The notes under the pieces: model-generated
What the model was told of the DNA's origin: nothing
What the model saw: the letters and a program-made list of their open reading frames with translations, nothing else
Database searches by the model: none
Part shown: one piece after another, positions 1 to 9,487 of the stretch
Layout of the letters: each line of letters starts with the position of its first letter
Position numbering within the stretch: the stretch's first letter is position 1
Translations under genes and position numbers: made by a program
Origin: an uncultured Nitrososphaerota archaeon
GTDB taxonomy: Archaea; Thermoproteota; EX4484-205; JAAOZO01
Direction of reading: 5' to 3'
NCBI GenBank assembly: GCA_964408285.1
Contig: CAYOYV010000001.1
Coordinates: 1 to 64,000, forward strand
DNA: 64,000 nt

Positions 1-295
1 TCCCGATGTAGTGAATCGAACCCAGAGTACCGATCAATATTCTGCCCTTCTGTCCTCGGTTTTTCACTTTCCCCTTCAGGAGCTCGTACCCCATGTGAAA
101 GGTTGTTATCATGGCCGAGAGATGAGGAAGTGAGAACTCCCCTCTATCATATCTCTCGCATGCTTCCACCATTGCCTTTCCTAGGGAATCCAATATTTCG
201 TCAGGATTCGCGTGAGCTGAGAGAAGCCGCTTGATCTCTTCCTCAGCTTCGAATGGGTTCAGACCAATTGCCAGCTCATAGACTCGGTCTGGCAT
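1..295 (-). CDS. Corrinoid (B12-binding) protein, MtaC/MttC-like; partial, runs off the window edge
   Basis: Not in the ORF track. Manual translation from ATG 295 gives MPDRVYELAIG...ILDSLGKAMVEACERYDRGEFSLPHLSAM...KGRILIGTLGSIHYIG: a helical cap domain followed by a variant of the DxHxxG cobalamin-binding motif. A TATA-like TTTAATGA lies about 30 nt upstream. Confidence 0.8.
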   Translation of the reverse strand, partial: MPDRVYELAIGLNPFEAEEEIKRLLSAHANPDEILDSLGKAMVEACERYDRGEFSLPHLSAMITTFHMGYELLKGKVKNRGQKGRILIGTLGSIHYIG

Positions 296-484
296 TTCGA
301 CCGCCGATTCTAATGTTGGTAATCATTAAAGCCTTTCTTGGACATTACACTACGAGTAAGAAAGAACTTCTGGGAATCAACATATCCTCAACGGGCGCAA
401 TCACAATGGATAAATCCTGAACTCTACTCAGGCGTGTAGGGAAGAGATGGACATCACTCGCTCGGACCCAGGTGACCGAGATCA

Positions 485-988
485 GTGAAGACTGAAGAGC
501 CTCTCTCAGAGATCTTGTATGGCGCTCTCCTGAGTCTCCTGTCGATAGCCTTGTTCGTAACTGGTTTCGCCATACTAGCTGCAGGCTTCCTTCTTTGGAA
601 TCCGATCCTGATAATGGTGGGGCTGACGTTCATCTTTCTAAATTGGTATCAAGGGGAAATCAGGATGAAGAAAAAGAGGCCCATCATGGAGACAACAAGG
701 CTGCCTGAGCAAATGGAAACATTAAAAAGCGTTGCCACGGCAATCAATGAGTTGGAGGAGGAATTCATGGAACTCGAAAGTAGAAGAGCAGATTTGCAGC
801 AGAAAATCAGCGCGCTATTGAAAGAGAAGGAAGAGATCGTGAAAACTATAGGAGAGTTGAAGGAGAGAATAGAATTCAAGAAACTGGCGATCGAGGCCAA
901 TGCATTGGAAGCGGAATTGAAAGAGCTAAGGGAGGAGGAGAGAAGATTAAGGACAGAGCTGGAAAGTTTTCCCCAGCCCACTCCATAG
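485..988 (+). CDS. Hypothetical membrane protein with two N-terminal TM helices and a long C-terminal coiled coil
   Basis: GTG start after a GGTGA SD-like motif; two hydrophobic segments, then E/K/L heptad-rich sequence. Confidence 0.7.
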   Translation: MKTEEPLSEILYGALLSLLSIALFVTGFAILAAGFLLWNPILIMVGLTFIFLNWYQGEIRMKKKRPIMETTRLPEQMETLKSVATAINELEEEFMELESRRADLQQKISALLKEKEEIVKTIGELKERIEFKKLAIEANALEAELKELREEERRLRTELESFPQPTP

Positions 989-1142
989 GCCGATCCAACA
1001 CTACTATCCCCAGCGGACCATACGCATTGGTGACAAGTACTCTTTGAATATGGGTGACAAAGCGAGTTCGCATGGTGGCTGCTTTGAATCGCTTCGGGCG
1101 CAGTGGCAATAGATATAAGTGACTTTGAGCCGATTATCGTGG

Positions 1143-2147
1143 ATGGCGATTCCCACAAGATATCTGATAGAGAGGTCAGTAATATTCGTTCTGACGATTC
1201 TTGTCTCGATAACTGTAATATTCATTATTCCACGCTTTACTCCCGGCGATCCTCTCGGCGTGGTCGTCGCGAGGCTCTCAGAGATGGGAGGACTTCGAGG
1301 GGCCGAAGAGATGGTGGAGGAGTACAAGCGGCTGTTCGGGCTGAACGAGGACATACTAACGCAATATTTCTCCTACATGCGAGAGGTCCTCCGCGGAAAT
1401 CTGGGCTATTCCATAGTGCACTTTCCCACTACGGTCTCTGATCTGATCCTTCGGGCCCTTCCTTGGACCTTCTGCTTGCTAGCCACCACAACTGTCCTCA
1501 GCTGGATGATCGGTACCCTTTTGGGGGCGCTCGCTGGATGGGCAGGAGAATCGAAGATTCAGAGTATTTTCGCCTCAGCGGCGCTCTTCCTATATGTTGT
1601 TCCCTACTACATATTTGCCGTTATGTTGGTTTTCCTGTTTGCATTCACATTGAGATGGCTGCCTCCTTCAGGAGGTTATACCGCAGGATTGGTACCTTCG
1701 TTTACACTGGATTTCGCCATCGATGTTATCCAGCACTCAATACTCCCCGCGTCTACTATCATACTCTCGTCCCTCGGATGGTGGTTCCTGAGCATGAGGT
1801 CGATGATAACAACTGTCAAGGGGGAGGACTTTCTCCTGATGGCGGAAGCGAAGGGTCTGCAAAAAAGTCACATCCTCTGGAGATATGCCTTCAGAAATGC
1901 CATTCTGCCGCAGGTCACTGGCCTAGCCATCTCCCTGAGCCGCATAGTCGGCGGGGCACTCATAACGGAAGTAATATTCGCCTATCCTGGGATTGGATCC
2001 TTAACAACTAGTGCCATAATGTCTCTCGATTACCCGCTAATCCAAGGGACTGTATTGCTCATCATCTTGTCTGTAGCCACGGCCAATTTCGCGATCGAGA
2101 TTGTCTACCCGCTCATAGATCCAAGAATCAGAGCCGGGAGGGAATGA
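1143..2147 (+). CDS. dppB: Dipeptide/oligopeptide/oligosaccharide ABC transporter permease
   Basis: PGDP N-terminal motif, GNLGYS, EAA loop (AEAKGL...YAFRNA), ITEVIFAYPGIG, LIDPRIR C-terminus. Start moved to ATG 1143, about 25 nt after TATA-like GATATAAG. Confidence 0.93.
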   Translation: MAIPTRYLIERSVIFVLTILVSITVIFIIPRFTPGDPLGVVVARLSEMGGLRGAEEMVEEYKRLFGLNEDILTQYFSYMREVLRGNLGYSIVHFPTTVSDLILRALPWTFCLLATTTVLSWMIGTLLGALAGWAGESKIQSIFASAALFLYVVPYYIFAVMLVFLFAFTLRWLPPSGGYTAGLVPSFTLDFAIDVIQHSILPASTIILSSLGWWFLSMRSMITTVKGEDFLLMAEAKGLQKSHILWRYAFRNAILPQVTGLAISLSRIVGGALITEVIFAYPGIGSLTTSAIMSLDYPLIQGTVLLIILSVATANFAIEIVYPLIDPRIRAGRE

Positions 2148-3028
2148 CATTGAAGACCACATTCTCGGGGAGACTTGCGGCCAGCTTGGCGAGTATATTG
2201 AAAGCTCCATTCGGCAATCGGAACTTCACTGTGGGTTTTGCCATGTTCGTCATATTGATAGCGATCCCCTTGCTTGGAGGGCTTTTGTCATCGCCTGAAC
2301 TCATTCGCGTGGGTCACTCCTCGCCTGCACTGCCTCCGACCCTAGATCATTTGCTGGGGACGGATGTCCTCGGCAGAGACATCTTGGTCCAGCTCTTCAG
2401 AGCTACGCTAAATTCACTCAAGATAGGCCTGATTGCGGCTACAATAGGAACCGCTGTTGGTGCTGTAATAGGCTTTGTCAGCGGGTATTATGGCGGCATC
2501 ACAGATGACATGCTTAGAATACTCACAGATGTCTTCCTCTCAATTCCATCGCTGATGTTCTTGGTACTGATATCCGCGCTTGTCAGAGTTGTGACGGTTG
2601 AGACAATGGCCATGATCATAGCGATATTCGCTTGGGCCTGGCCTGCGAGACAGGTAAGGGCTCAGGCATTGAGCCTGAAAGAACGGGAGTTTGTATATAT
2701 GGCGAAGCTTTCAGGAATGGGCAGTTTCGAACTGATAGTGAGAGAGCTCATGCCTCATATGCTCCAGTGGATGATTGCCAACTTCGTTAATGCTTTCCTA
2801 TCAGCTATCCTGACGGAGTCTGGCTTGTCAATACTGGGCCTTGGACCCCAGATCGATATGACCCTTGGTATGATGCTCTGGTGGGCCCTCAATAGTGCTG
2901 CGATGTATAGGGGGTTATGGTGGTGGTGGGGGGCGCCAGTCTTTGTCCTGATATTTTCGTTCTTTTCTTTGTATCTGATGCATGCAGGTCTTGATGAAGT
3001 GATCAATCCCAAGTTGAGAGGCAAGTAG
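2144..3028 (+). CDS. dppC: ABC transporter permease
   Basis: HLLGTDVLGRD motif, ESGLSILGLG, WWW...P, NPKLR ending; 4-nt ATGA overlap with the upstream gene. Confidence 0.93.
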   Translation: MTLKTTFSGRLAASLASILKAPFGNRNFTVGFAMFVILIAIPLLGGLLSSPELIRVGHSSPALPPTLDHLLGTDVLGRDILVQLFRATLNSLKIGLIAATIGTAVGAVIGFVSGYYGGITDDMLRILTDVFLSIPSLMFLVLISALVRVVTVETMAMIIAIFAWAWPARQVRAQALSLKEREFVYMAKLSGMGSFELIVRELMPHMLQWMIANFVNAFLSAILTESGLSILGLGPQIDMTLGMMLWWALNSAAMYRGLWWWWGAPVFVLIFSFFSLYLMHAGLDEVINPKLRGK

Positions 3029-3029
3029 G

Positions 3030-3995
3030 ATGTCCGATCAGATTCTCGAAATCAGAAACCTAACCGCCTATTATGAAGTAGGACCGAATCCGACAAGGGC
3101 TGTGGATAATGCAAGTCTAGGAACAATAAGAAGGGGAGAGATATTCGGGATTGCAGGTGAATCTGCTTGCGGCAAGACGACACTTGCGTTGGCCATGCTG
3201 AGGCTCCTCAAACCGCCCGGGCACATAAGGAGGGGGGAAGTGATATTCGACGGTACCGACCTGCTCAAGCTCGCAGAAGAGGAAATAAGGTCGATTAGGT
3301 GGAAGAGGATTTCTTATGTTCCTCAGAGTTCGATGAACGCTCTGAATCCTGTGATGAGAATAAGGAACCAGATATCCGACAGCATAGAGGCCCACGAGAG
3401 TGGGCAGTCGAAAGATGAATTGGATAATCGGATAGAGAAGCTGCTGATGACCGTAGGGCTATCGCGCGAAATCGCCGGAATGTATCCACATGAGCTCAGT
3501 GGGGGGATGAAACAGAGGGTTGCAATCGCGATGGCGACGGCCTTGGATCCTGAAATCCTCATAGCAGATGAGCCCACGACAGCTCTGGATGTCATTGTCC
3601 AGAGAGGTATACTGCAACTACTCGGCGAGATTAGGCGTAGAATGCACACTATCGTATTGATAACTCATGATATGGCAGCACAGGCAGAAATCTCGGATAG
3701 AGTGGGAATAATGTATGCGGGGAAAATGATGGAGATTGGAAGAACCGAGGACGTATTCAAGGATCCGCTACATCCGTATACCCGCCTGCTCATATCATCC
3801 ATACCGCGGCTGAAGATCAGGACAGAGCTTGCGTGGATCACAGGATTGCCTCCTGACCTAAGAAACCCACCGCTCGGTTGTCGATTCCACCCGAGATGTC
3901 CACATCTAATGGCGGGAAAATGCGATGTCGAGGAGCCTCAACTTGCCGAGATCAAGCCTGGCAGACTAACGGCTTGCCACTTGCATGGTGAATGA
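3030..3995 (+). CDS. dppD: ABC transporter ATP-binding protein
   Basis: Walker A GESACGKT, signature LSGGMKQR, Walker B ILIADEPT, HPYT and C-terminal GCRFHPRC...C...ACH domain. Confidence 0.95.
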   Translation: MSDQILEIRNLTAYYEVGPNPTRAVDNASLGTIRRGEIFGIAGESACGKTTLALAMLRLLKPPGHIRRGEVIFDGTDLLKLAEEEIRSIRWKRISYVPQSSMNALNPVMRIRNQISDSIEAHESGQSKDELDNRIEKLLMTVGLSREIAGMYPHELSGGMKQRVAIAMATALDPEILIADEPTTALDVIVQRGILQLLGEIRRRMHTIVLITHDMAAQAEISDRVGIMYAGKMMEIGRTEDVFKDPLHPYTRLLISSIPRLKIRTELAWITGLPPDLRNPPLGCRFHPRCPHLMAGKCDVEEPQLAEIKPGRLTACHLHGE

Positions 3996-4975
3996 TCGTG
4001 AGCAACCCCAAGAACCTGTTGGAAGTAAGACATCTGACAAGAGTCTTTAGAATGGGCGGATTCATGGGAAAAGGAGAGCTGGTGGCTGTGGACGATGTTT
4101 CGTTCGATGTGCCTGCTGAAAGACCCGTAATACTTACAATCGCGGGCGAGAGTGGAAGCGGCAAAACGACAACGGCCAGAATGATCCTAGGCTTCGTAAA
4201 ACCAACCCATGGCGAAGTTCTCTACCGAGGCAAGAACATACTGAATATGAATAACAGCGATTGGAAAATGTATAGACAGGAAGTACAAGCGATTTTCCAA
4301 GACCCCTACGGGGCATTCAACTCGATGTATACGGTGGATCATGTTCTGAAAGTGCCGATAGAGAAGTTCAACTTGGCCAGGACGGATGAGGACGCTCACC
4401 AATTGATGTCAGGAACCCTTGAAGTAGTCGGACTGAGATCAGAGGAAATACTTGGGAAATATCCCCATCAACTAAGTGGAGGACAGAGACAGAGGATAAT
4501 GCTTGCGAGAGCATTCCTCCTGAGACCGAAAATAGTAGTGGCTGATGAGCCAGTTTCGATGCTAGATGCTTCAATGAGGGCAGGGATTCTGCATTTGATG
4601 CTAGATTTGAAGAAGAAATGGGACGTGTCATTTCTGTACATCACCCATGATCTTTCGACGGCCCATTACATCAGTGATTCAATCGCAATAATGTATCAAG
4701 GAAGTGTGGTGGAAATGGGACCAATAGACGAAGTGATCGAGAATCCATTGCATCCATATTCCAAGCTGCTGATAGAGTCAGTTCCGATACCTGACCCGGA
4801 ACAAAGATGGAAAGAGCACATGGACCTGCCAACCAGGGAGTTTCGAAGCCAGACATTCAACGGATGCAAATTCTATGATAGATGCAAGTTCAGAACCGAT
4901 GTGTGCAAGACAGATAGACCAGGGCTTAAACCAAACGAGTCAAGGTTCGTTGCATGTCATTTGTATCATGATTGA
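3992..4975 (+). CDS. dppF: ABC transporter ATP-binding protein
   Basis: GESGSGKT, LSGGQRQR, VADEPVSMLD, HPYS and C-terminal GCKFYDRC...C...ACH domain. Confidence 0.95.
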   Translation: MIVSNPKNLLEVRHLTRVFRMGGFMGKGELVAVDDVSFDVPAERPVILTIAGESGSGKTTTARMILGFVKPTHGEVLYRGKNILNMNNSDWKMYRQEVQAIFQDPYGAFNSMYTVDHVLKVPIEKFNLARTDEDAHQLMSGTLEVVGLRSEEILGKYPHQLSGGQRQRIMLARAFLLRPKIVVADEPVSMLDASMRAGILHLMLDLKKKWDVSFLYITHDLSTAHYISDSIAIMYQGSVVEMGPIDEVIENPLHPYSKLLIESVPIPDPEQRWKEHMDLPTREFRSQTFNGCKFYDRCKFRTDVCKTDRPGLKPNESRFVACHLYHD

Positions 4976-5103
4976 CGATATTGCATATATTGCTAAACCT
5001 AGATTGCGATTCCACACAATCGGCGAGACATTTCAGTTCTCGCATTCTATGTCCTGAATAAGCTTAAATCGGAGGACCGGCCTATATAATTCGTGAGAAA
5101 TCG

Positions 5104-7269
5104 ATGAAGAAAATAATCTCCATTCTTATCTCACTTGTGTTCGTCCTAATGTTCTTCAATATACCGACTGCGATATCACCACCTCTTCCTAGGGACGAGA
5201 CGTTCTACTTTGTACGCGGCCTAGGCAGTGGGTATGCCAATTTCGCTATGCTTAATCTATACGCGCCGGGTGCGCCTTCGAGATCGGGGACCGGCATGCA
5301 ACAGAATATTTGGGAATATTTCTCCTACTGGAACTATGAGACAGGAGAAGACGTGATGTGGCTTGCGCAGAAATATGAGTATTCGGCGGATTTCAAGAGC
5401 ATCACGGTATATCTGACAAAGGGCGTAAAATGGAACGATGGACATTCGTTCACAGCGGACGACGTTGTGTTCACGTACAACATGCTCCTACAAAATGCGC
5501 CAAAATTGTCTGGTTCAGCTGCTGTCGCAGCGGATGTCGATTCGGTCACAAAGATAGACGATTACACAGTCCGAATTAATCTAAAGGCCGCGAACCCAAG
5601 GTTCCATCTCAACAGGGATACATTTCCTGCAGTCAGAGTTTGGGGAGGCCTAACGATAGTGCCAAAGCACATCTGGGAGGGCAAGGACCCTGTGACGTTT
5701 ACCAACTATCCGAACCCAATCGGAACTGGACCTTACAAGCTGGTTAGCGCGGCTCAGACCGCGGCTGTCTTCGAACGCAGAGACGATTGGTGGGCGACGG
5801 AAAAGTATGGAATAAGACCAGCACCCAAGTATGTCGTCTTTGAGACCCTTGGCACCGAGGAAACCCTTGCTGCCGCTTTGGCATCCAACGATGTTGACGC
5901 AGTGAACATAGGGTTGCTTTCCTTTGGCACCTATCTGACTGTTCAACAGAGAAACCCATACGTGACAGCTTGGTACAAAGCGGCTCCCTATGCATGGAAA
6001 GATCCTTGCCCGAGGGTACTTTTCGTTCAGAATGCGAAGTATCCTTGGAACGACCCGCAGGTTAGGAGAGCAATCTCGTATCTGGTCAACAGAACAGCAA
6101 TCGCTACCATAGCATACGATCGCACCACGGTGGCCACTCCATACATCTTCCCGGCGTACGGAGGATACCAAGAATATTTCGACGGGATATCGAACCTTAT
6201 CACGCAGTACGAGCCGACGAAATATGACCCAACGAAGGCAAAAACGATATTCGAATCCCTCGGTTTCAAGAAGGGATCTGACGGTGTTTGGGTCACTGGA
6301 AATGGCACAAGACTTGCAATGCTCTACGTAGTCAGTTCAGACACGAACACCGTGGAGCAGAGGAGAGTATCAGAAGTTCTAGCGGATCAACTCAGAACAG
6401 GAGGAATGGATGTCACCGTCAAGTTCCTGGCAGGCGCGGTATTCACCGAGACCCTCAACAAAGGTGATTGGGACATCTTCTACGGCTGGCAGTGTCCGGG
6501 CGACACAGATCCCTTCTTCAATCTGAACCTGTATCAGAGCAAATATACAAAGCCACTTGGCCAAGCAGTAGCGAGTTGGGAGTATAATGGCTGGAGATAC
6601 ATAAATCCGGCATACGACGCAATAGTCACCAAGCTGGGGGCAACGTCACCTCTGCTAAACAAAACCGGGTCACTAGCTCTCTTCAAACAAGCTATGGCAA
6701 TCTACTACGCGGATCTACCCAGCATACCGATGGTTCAAGCGCCTGCCTTTGTACCGGTGAACACATTCCAGTGGACTGGCTGGCCGACAGCCGAGAACCC
6801 CTGGATAATGCCAGTTCCCTGGTGGGCACAATTGACCCTCATCATGAACGGATTCAATTCGAGTAAGACAGGAGGATGGGTTGGCGGGATAAGGCTGAAA
6901 ACCGTGGACTATGCGACTGTCTACTTCACAAAGGCAACGCCGATCTTCAGAGGTATCGACCTGAGTTGGTATGGTCCCTTCAAGGCTGGGGATTCCCAGA
7001 GGATACCCGCAGATGATGCAGAGTTCTACATAACGAAAGGTCTTGCTTCATACTCGCCCCCTGCGCCAGTGTTCCCTGAACTTGCGACGATCGCTCAAAC
7101 CGTGTCGGGCATTAGAACTGATCTCACAGACGTAAAGTCGAGCGTAGATAAGCTAAAGACTGATGTGTCTGGGATATCCGGAAGTGTTTCCATACTCTAC
7201 CTGGTCGTTGTGCTGGAAGCCATCGCGATATTAGCGCTCGCGTTGCTCTTGTTCAGGAAAAAGTCCTGA
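5104..7269 (+). CDS. dppA: Family 5 extracellular solute-binding protein (probably oligosaccharide-binding subgroup) with a C-terminal extension and TM anchor
   Basis: Signal peptide; KWNDGHSFTADDVVFT, PIGTGPYKL and PWNDPQVRRAIS motifs; C-terminal coiled coil plus hydrophobic helix ending FRKKS. Confidence 0.9.
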   Translation: MKKIISILISLVFVLMFFNIPTAISPPLPRDETFYFVRGLGSGYANFAMLNLYAPGAPSRSGTGMQQNIWEYFSYWNYETGEDVMWLAQKYEYSADFKSITVYLTKGVKWNDGHSFTADDVVFTYNMLLQNAPKLSGSAAVAADVDSVTKIDDYTVRINLKAANPRFHLNRDTFPAVRVWGGLTIVPKHIWEGKDPVTFTNYPNPIGTGPYKLVSAAQTAAVFERRDDWWATEKYGIRPAPKYVVFETLGTEETLAAALASNDVDAVNIGLLSFGTYLTVQQRNPYVTAWYKAAPYAWKDPCPRVLFVQNAKYPWNDPQVRRAISYLVNRTAIATIAYDRTTVATPYIFPAYGGYQEYFDGISNLITQYEPTKYDPTKAKTIFESLGFKKGSDGVWVTGNGTRLAMLYVVSSDTNTVEQRRVSEVLADQLRTGGMDVTVKFLAGAVFTETLNKGDWDIFYGWQCPGDTDPFFNLNLYQSKYTKPLGQAVASWEYNGWRYINPAYDAIVTKLGATSPLLNKTGSLALFKQAMAIYYADLPSIPMVQAPAFVPVNTFQWTGWPTAENPWIMPVPWWAQLTLIMNGFNSSKTGGWVGGIRLKTVDYATVYFTKATPIFRGIDLSWYGPFKAGDSQRIPADDAEFYITKGLASYSPPAPVFPELATIAQTVSGIRTDLTDVKSSVDKLKTDVSGISGSVSILYLVVVLEAIAILALALLLFRKKS

Positions 7270-7288
7270 GCGGAACGACGCGACCACC

Positions 7289-7295
7289 TTTTTTT
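7289..7295 (+). terminator. Oligo-T tract, putative archaeal intrinsic terminator
   Basis: T7 run 20 nt downstream of the solute-binding protein stop codon. Confidence 0.5.
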
Positions 7296-7345
7296 CGGTT
7301 CTCACTTCACTTCCACAGCGCATGTCGTCCGTGCTAGAAGCGCAC

Positions 7346-8575
7346 TCAGACCAAGCCAGAGAAAAGAAGGAACGATCCCAAACTTATGATCGCCAGGGCC
7401 CACGCTAGCTTGATCTGTCTGTCCAAAGAGCGTGAGCACTTTATCGATGAGTATTCGATTATCTCGTTGTAGTAGAATTTGCGCGATGCAAAAAAGCAGA
7501 GGACAATCAAAGGGAATGTGAAAGCAACGTTGTACACGAGCAGATATATGAAACCTTGCAAGAAACCTGCCTGTTGGGCCAATATTCCTGTGATAGCGAT
7601 GTAGATAGCTCCTGTGCATGGAAACTCGAAGACGCCCACTAGCGAACCTGCTATGAACGCAGAGGGAATGGTGAGCTTGTTCATCCAGCTTTTGACTGTT
7701 TCCACACCAGAGTCTGATATCACAAGGCTAGGCCCCTTCCCATGAAAGAAGTAATCCTTCAAGCTAATTGCTCCCAAGACAATCACTAGTAGAGCGGCGA
7801 TTTTTCCAATGAAATGAGGAAACGGAGCAATGGGCATTATGGTTATCAGGCCTAGTCCTATCATCAGGTACGCGAGGTATACCCCAATGATGTAGACTAA
7901 ACCCGTTATCAGAACCTTCTGTCTGCTTCTCTCCAACGATGTCTCGCTCATTGCAAAGATGAAGGAAACGAAGAACAACAGAAGCGAGAATGCGCAAGGG
8001 TTAATTCCATCCAAGAGTCCGCCGACTACAACTAGCGGCAAAACCGATCCCGTGCTGGACGATAATAGGCCAACATCGCCGATGCATTCCGAAATGGAGT
8101 TCTTTATGTCGCATTCCTTGATGTGTCGGGACTCGTCCATCACTACGTACAGCTCACGCAATAAGTCCCTGTAGACAACAAGCTTTGGGTACTCTTCCGA
8201 ATGCCTCGCCAAGAAATCGATTATGAGTTCCACGGGGACAAAATTGACGAAAAGGAATTTGCCATCTACATCCACTACTACTTGGAGTCCTCGCATTGAT
8301 TTCGGAACACCGAATTCCTGATAGAGCAGATCCAGTTCCTGGGTCTGATCCGGGCTGAGGTACCTCACTTCTATTTCGGTAATGCCTAGCCTTTTGAGTG
8401 AGCTCTTGAGATCGAGAATATACGGCGTGAAGGGATCGATCCCCCATTGCTCGGAGCATGACGGACATGAAGTCACATATACAATCGCCCTCATTGCTGA
8501 AGCCGAAGATGTGAGGACGGCGGCAGATGCGATGAACGCGACTGCTGCGACTAGATAGAGCCGCTTAGAGATCAC
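7346..8575 (-). CDS. ccdA: Cytochrome c biogenesis CcdA/DsbD-family membrane electron transporter with an N-terminal thioredoxin-like CxxC domain
   Basis: Signal peptide, CPSC motif, then multi-TM domain carrying DGINPCAF and EFPCTG cysteine motifs. Confidence 0.8.
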   Translation of the reverse strand: MISKRLYLVAAVAFIASAAVLTSSASAMRAIVYVTSCPSCSEQWGIDPFTPYILDLKSSLKRLGITEIEVRYLSPDQTQELDLLYQEFGVPKSMRGLQVVVDVDGKFLFVNFVPVELIIDFLARHSEEYPKLVVYRDLLRELYVVMDESRHIKECDIKNSISECIGDVGLLSSSTGSVLPLVVVGGLLDGINPCAFSLLLFFVSFIFAMSETSLERSRQKVLITGLVYIIGVYLAYLMIGLGLITIMPIAPFPHFIGKIAALLVIVLGAISLKDYFFHGKGPSLVISDSGVETVKSWMNKLTIPSAFIAGSLVGVFEFPCTGAIYIAITGILAQQAGFLQGFIYLLVYNVAFTFPLIVLCFFASRKFYYNEIIEYSSIKCSRSLDRQIKLAWALAIISLGSFLLFSGLV

Positions 8576-8710
8576 ACATATTGGCTCTCACGAGATGCTT
8601 ATTTAGTTTGCTTGCATCCCCGGAGACCGAAAGGTCGAGGACTATTCGTTATCGCTCTGAATCTTCGAAAAAGAACTCCAAATAATCTCACGCCCACGAC
8701 TAAGGGTCGA

Positions 8711-8899
8711 TCACGCGCCTTGTTGTTCTTTGAACTCGTTCCAAGTAGTCACAAGTTCCAACTTCTCGACGTCAGTCTTGGCAACTTTGGCTGCTTCTTG
8801 AAGTATCTTCAGCCGCTTACTGGAATCTCCGTAAGCCTTCTCGTATTCGTCCATGAGTTCTCTGAACGACTTCTTCCGCAGGAAACCAAACAATCCCAA
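8711..8899 (-). CDS. Small hypothetical helical protein
   Basis: TTG start, MGLFGFLRKK N-terminus, protein-like composition; AT-rich TTTAATAA about 25 nt upstream. Confidence 0.55.
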   Translation of the reverse strand: MGLFGFLRKKSFRELMDEYEKAYGDSSKRLKILQEAAKVAKTDVEKLELVTTWNEFKEQQGA

Positions 8900-9017
8900 G
8901 TCAGTCTTGTTTCTTATCGAAACTTATTAAACATTAACGAGTGACTTTCCTCAGTCTCGCATAAAACATAGACATTTCGATTCCGGCAATTGAGCATGCC
9001 ACGATGGTCCTCACATG

Positions 9018-9362
9018 CTAGTCCGCGCTCAGGATTTCCTCCATTACTCTCTTCTGGTCTCCCCTGTACTTGGCCATCAGGTACCAATATCTGACCTGAC
9101 TCCCGGAACTCGGCTCGCCGAACCTACTCAGAACATTCATCAGATCTTCCAACTCTTGCTCCGCTTCTTCGAATCTCTCTACCTTGCAGTAGGCCATGGC
9201 CCTGACCTTCCTGACTTCGTAGGGATTGATCAACCACGGAGGGGCCTGCAACAGCTCATCGTATAGGGAGATCGCCCCTTCAAAATCGCCCTTCTCGTAC
9301 AACTCCGTAGCTTGGCGGTAAATCGCCAAGGCTTGTTCATGGCTCGTGATCCGTTCACGCAT
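9018..9362 (-). CDS. Tetratricopeptide repeat protein
   Basis: TPR-like patterns ALAIYRQATELYEKGDFEGAISLY and AMAYCKVERFEEAEQEL. Confidence 0.75.
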   Translation of the reverse strand: MRERITSHEQALAIYRQATELYEKGDFEGAISLYDELLQAPPWLINPYEVRKVRAMAYCKVERFEEAEQELEDLMNVLSRFGEPSSGSQVRYWYLMAKYRGDQKRVMEEILSAD

Positions 9363-9487
9363 TGAACTCGATTCTTTATCGGATCCACATTCTGGCTCTT
9401 AAGCCTTACCGAGCGCGCCCCGGATTCTCCGTCTTGGAGACATCTAATCGACAAAGTCTTTTATGAGCAGAATCGCGGCGGACCATC

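Noticed and set aside
649-1441. Overlapping alternative ORFs around the coiled-coil gene and dppB start
   Set aside because: Shadow frames of real genes with no protein-like motifs; the same applies to most short ORFs in the track.
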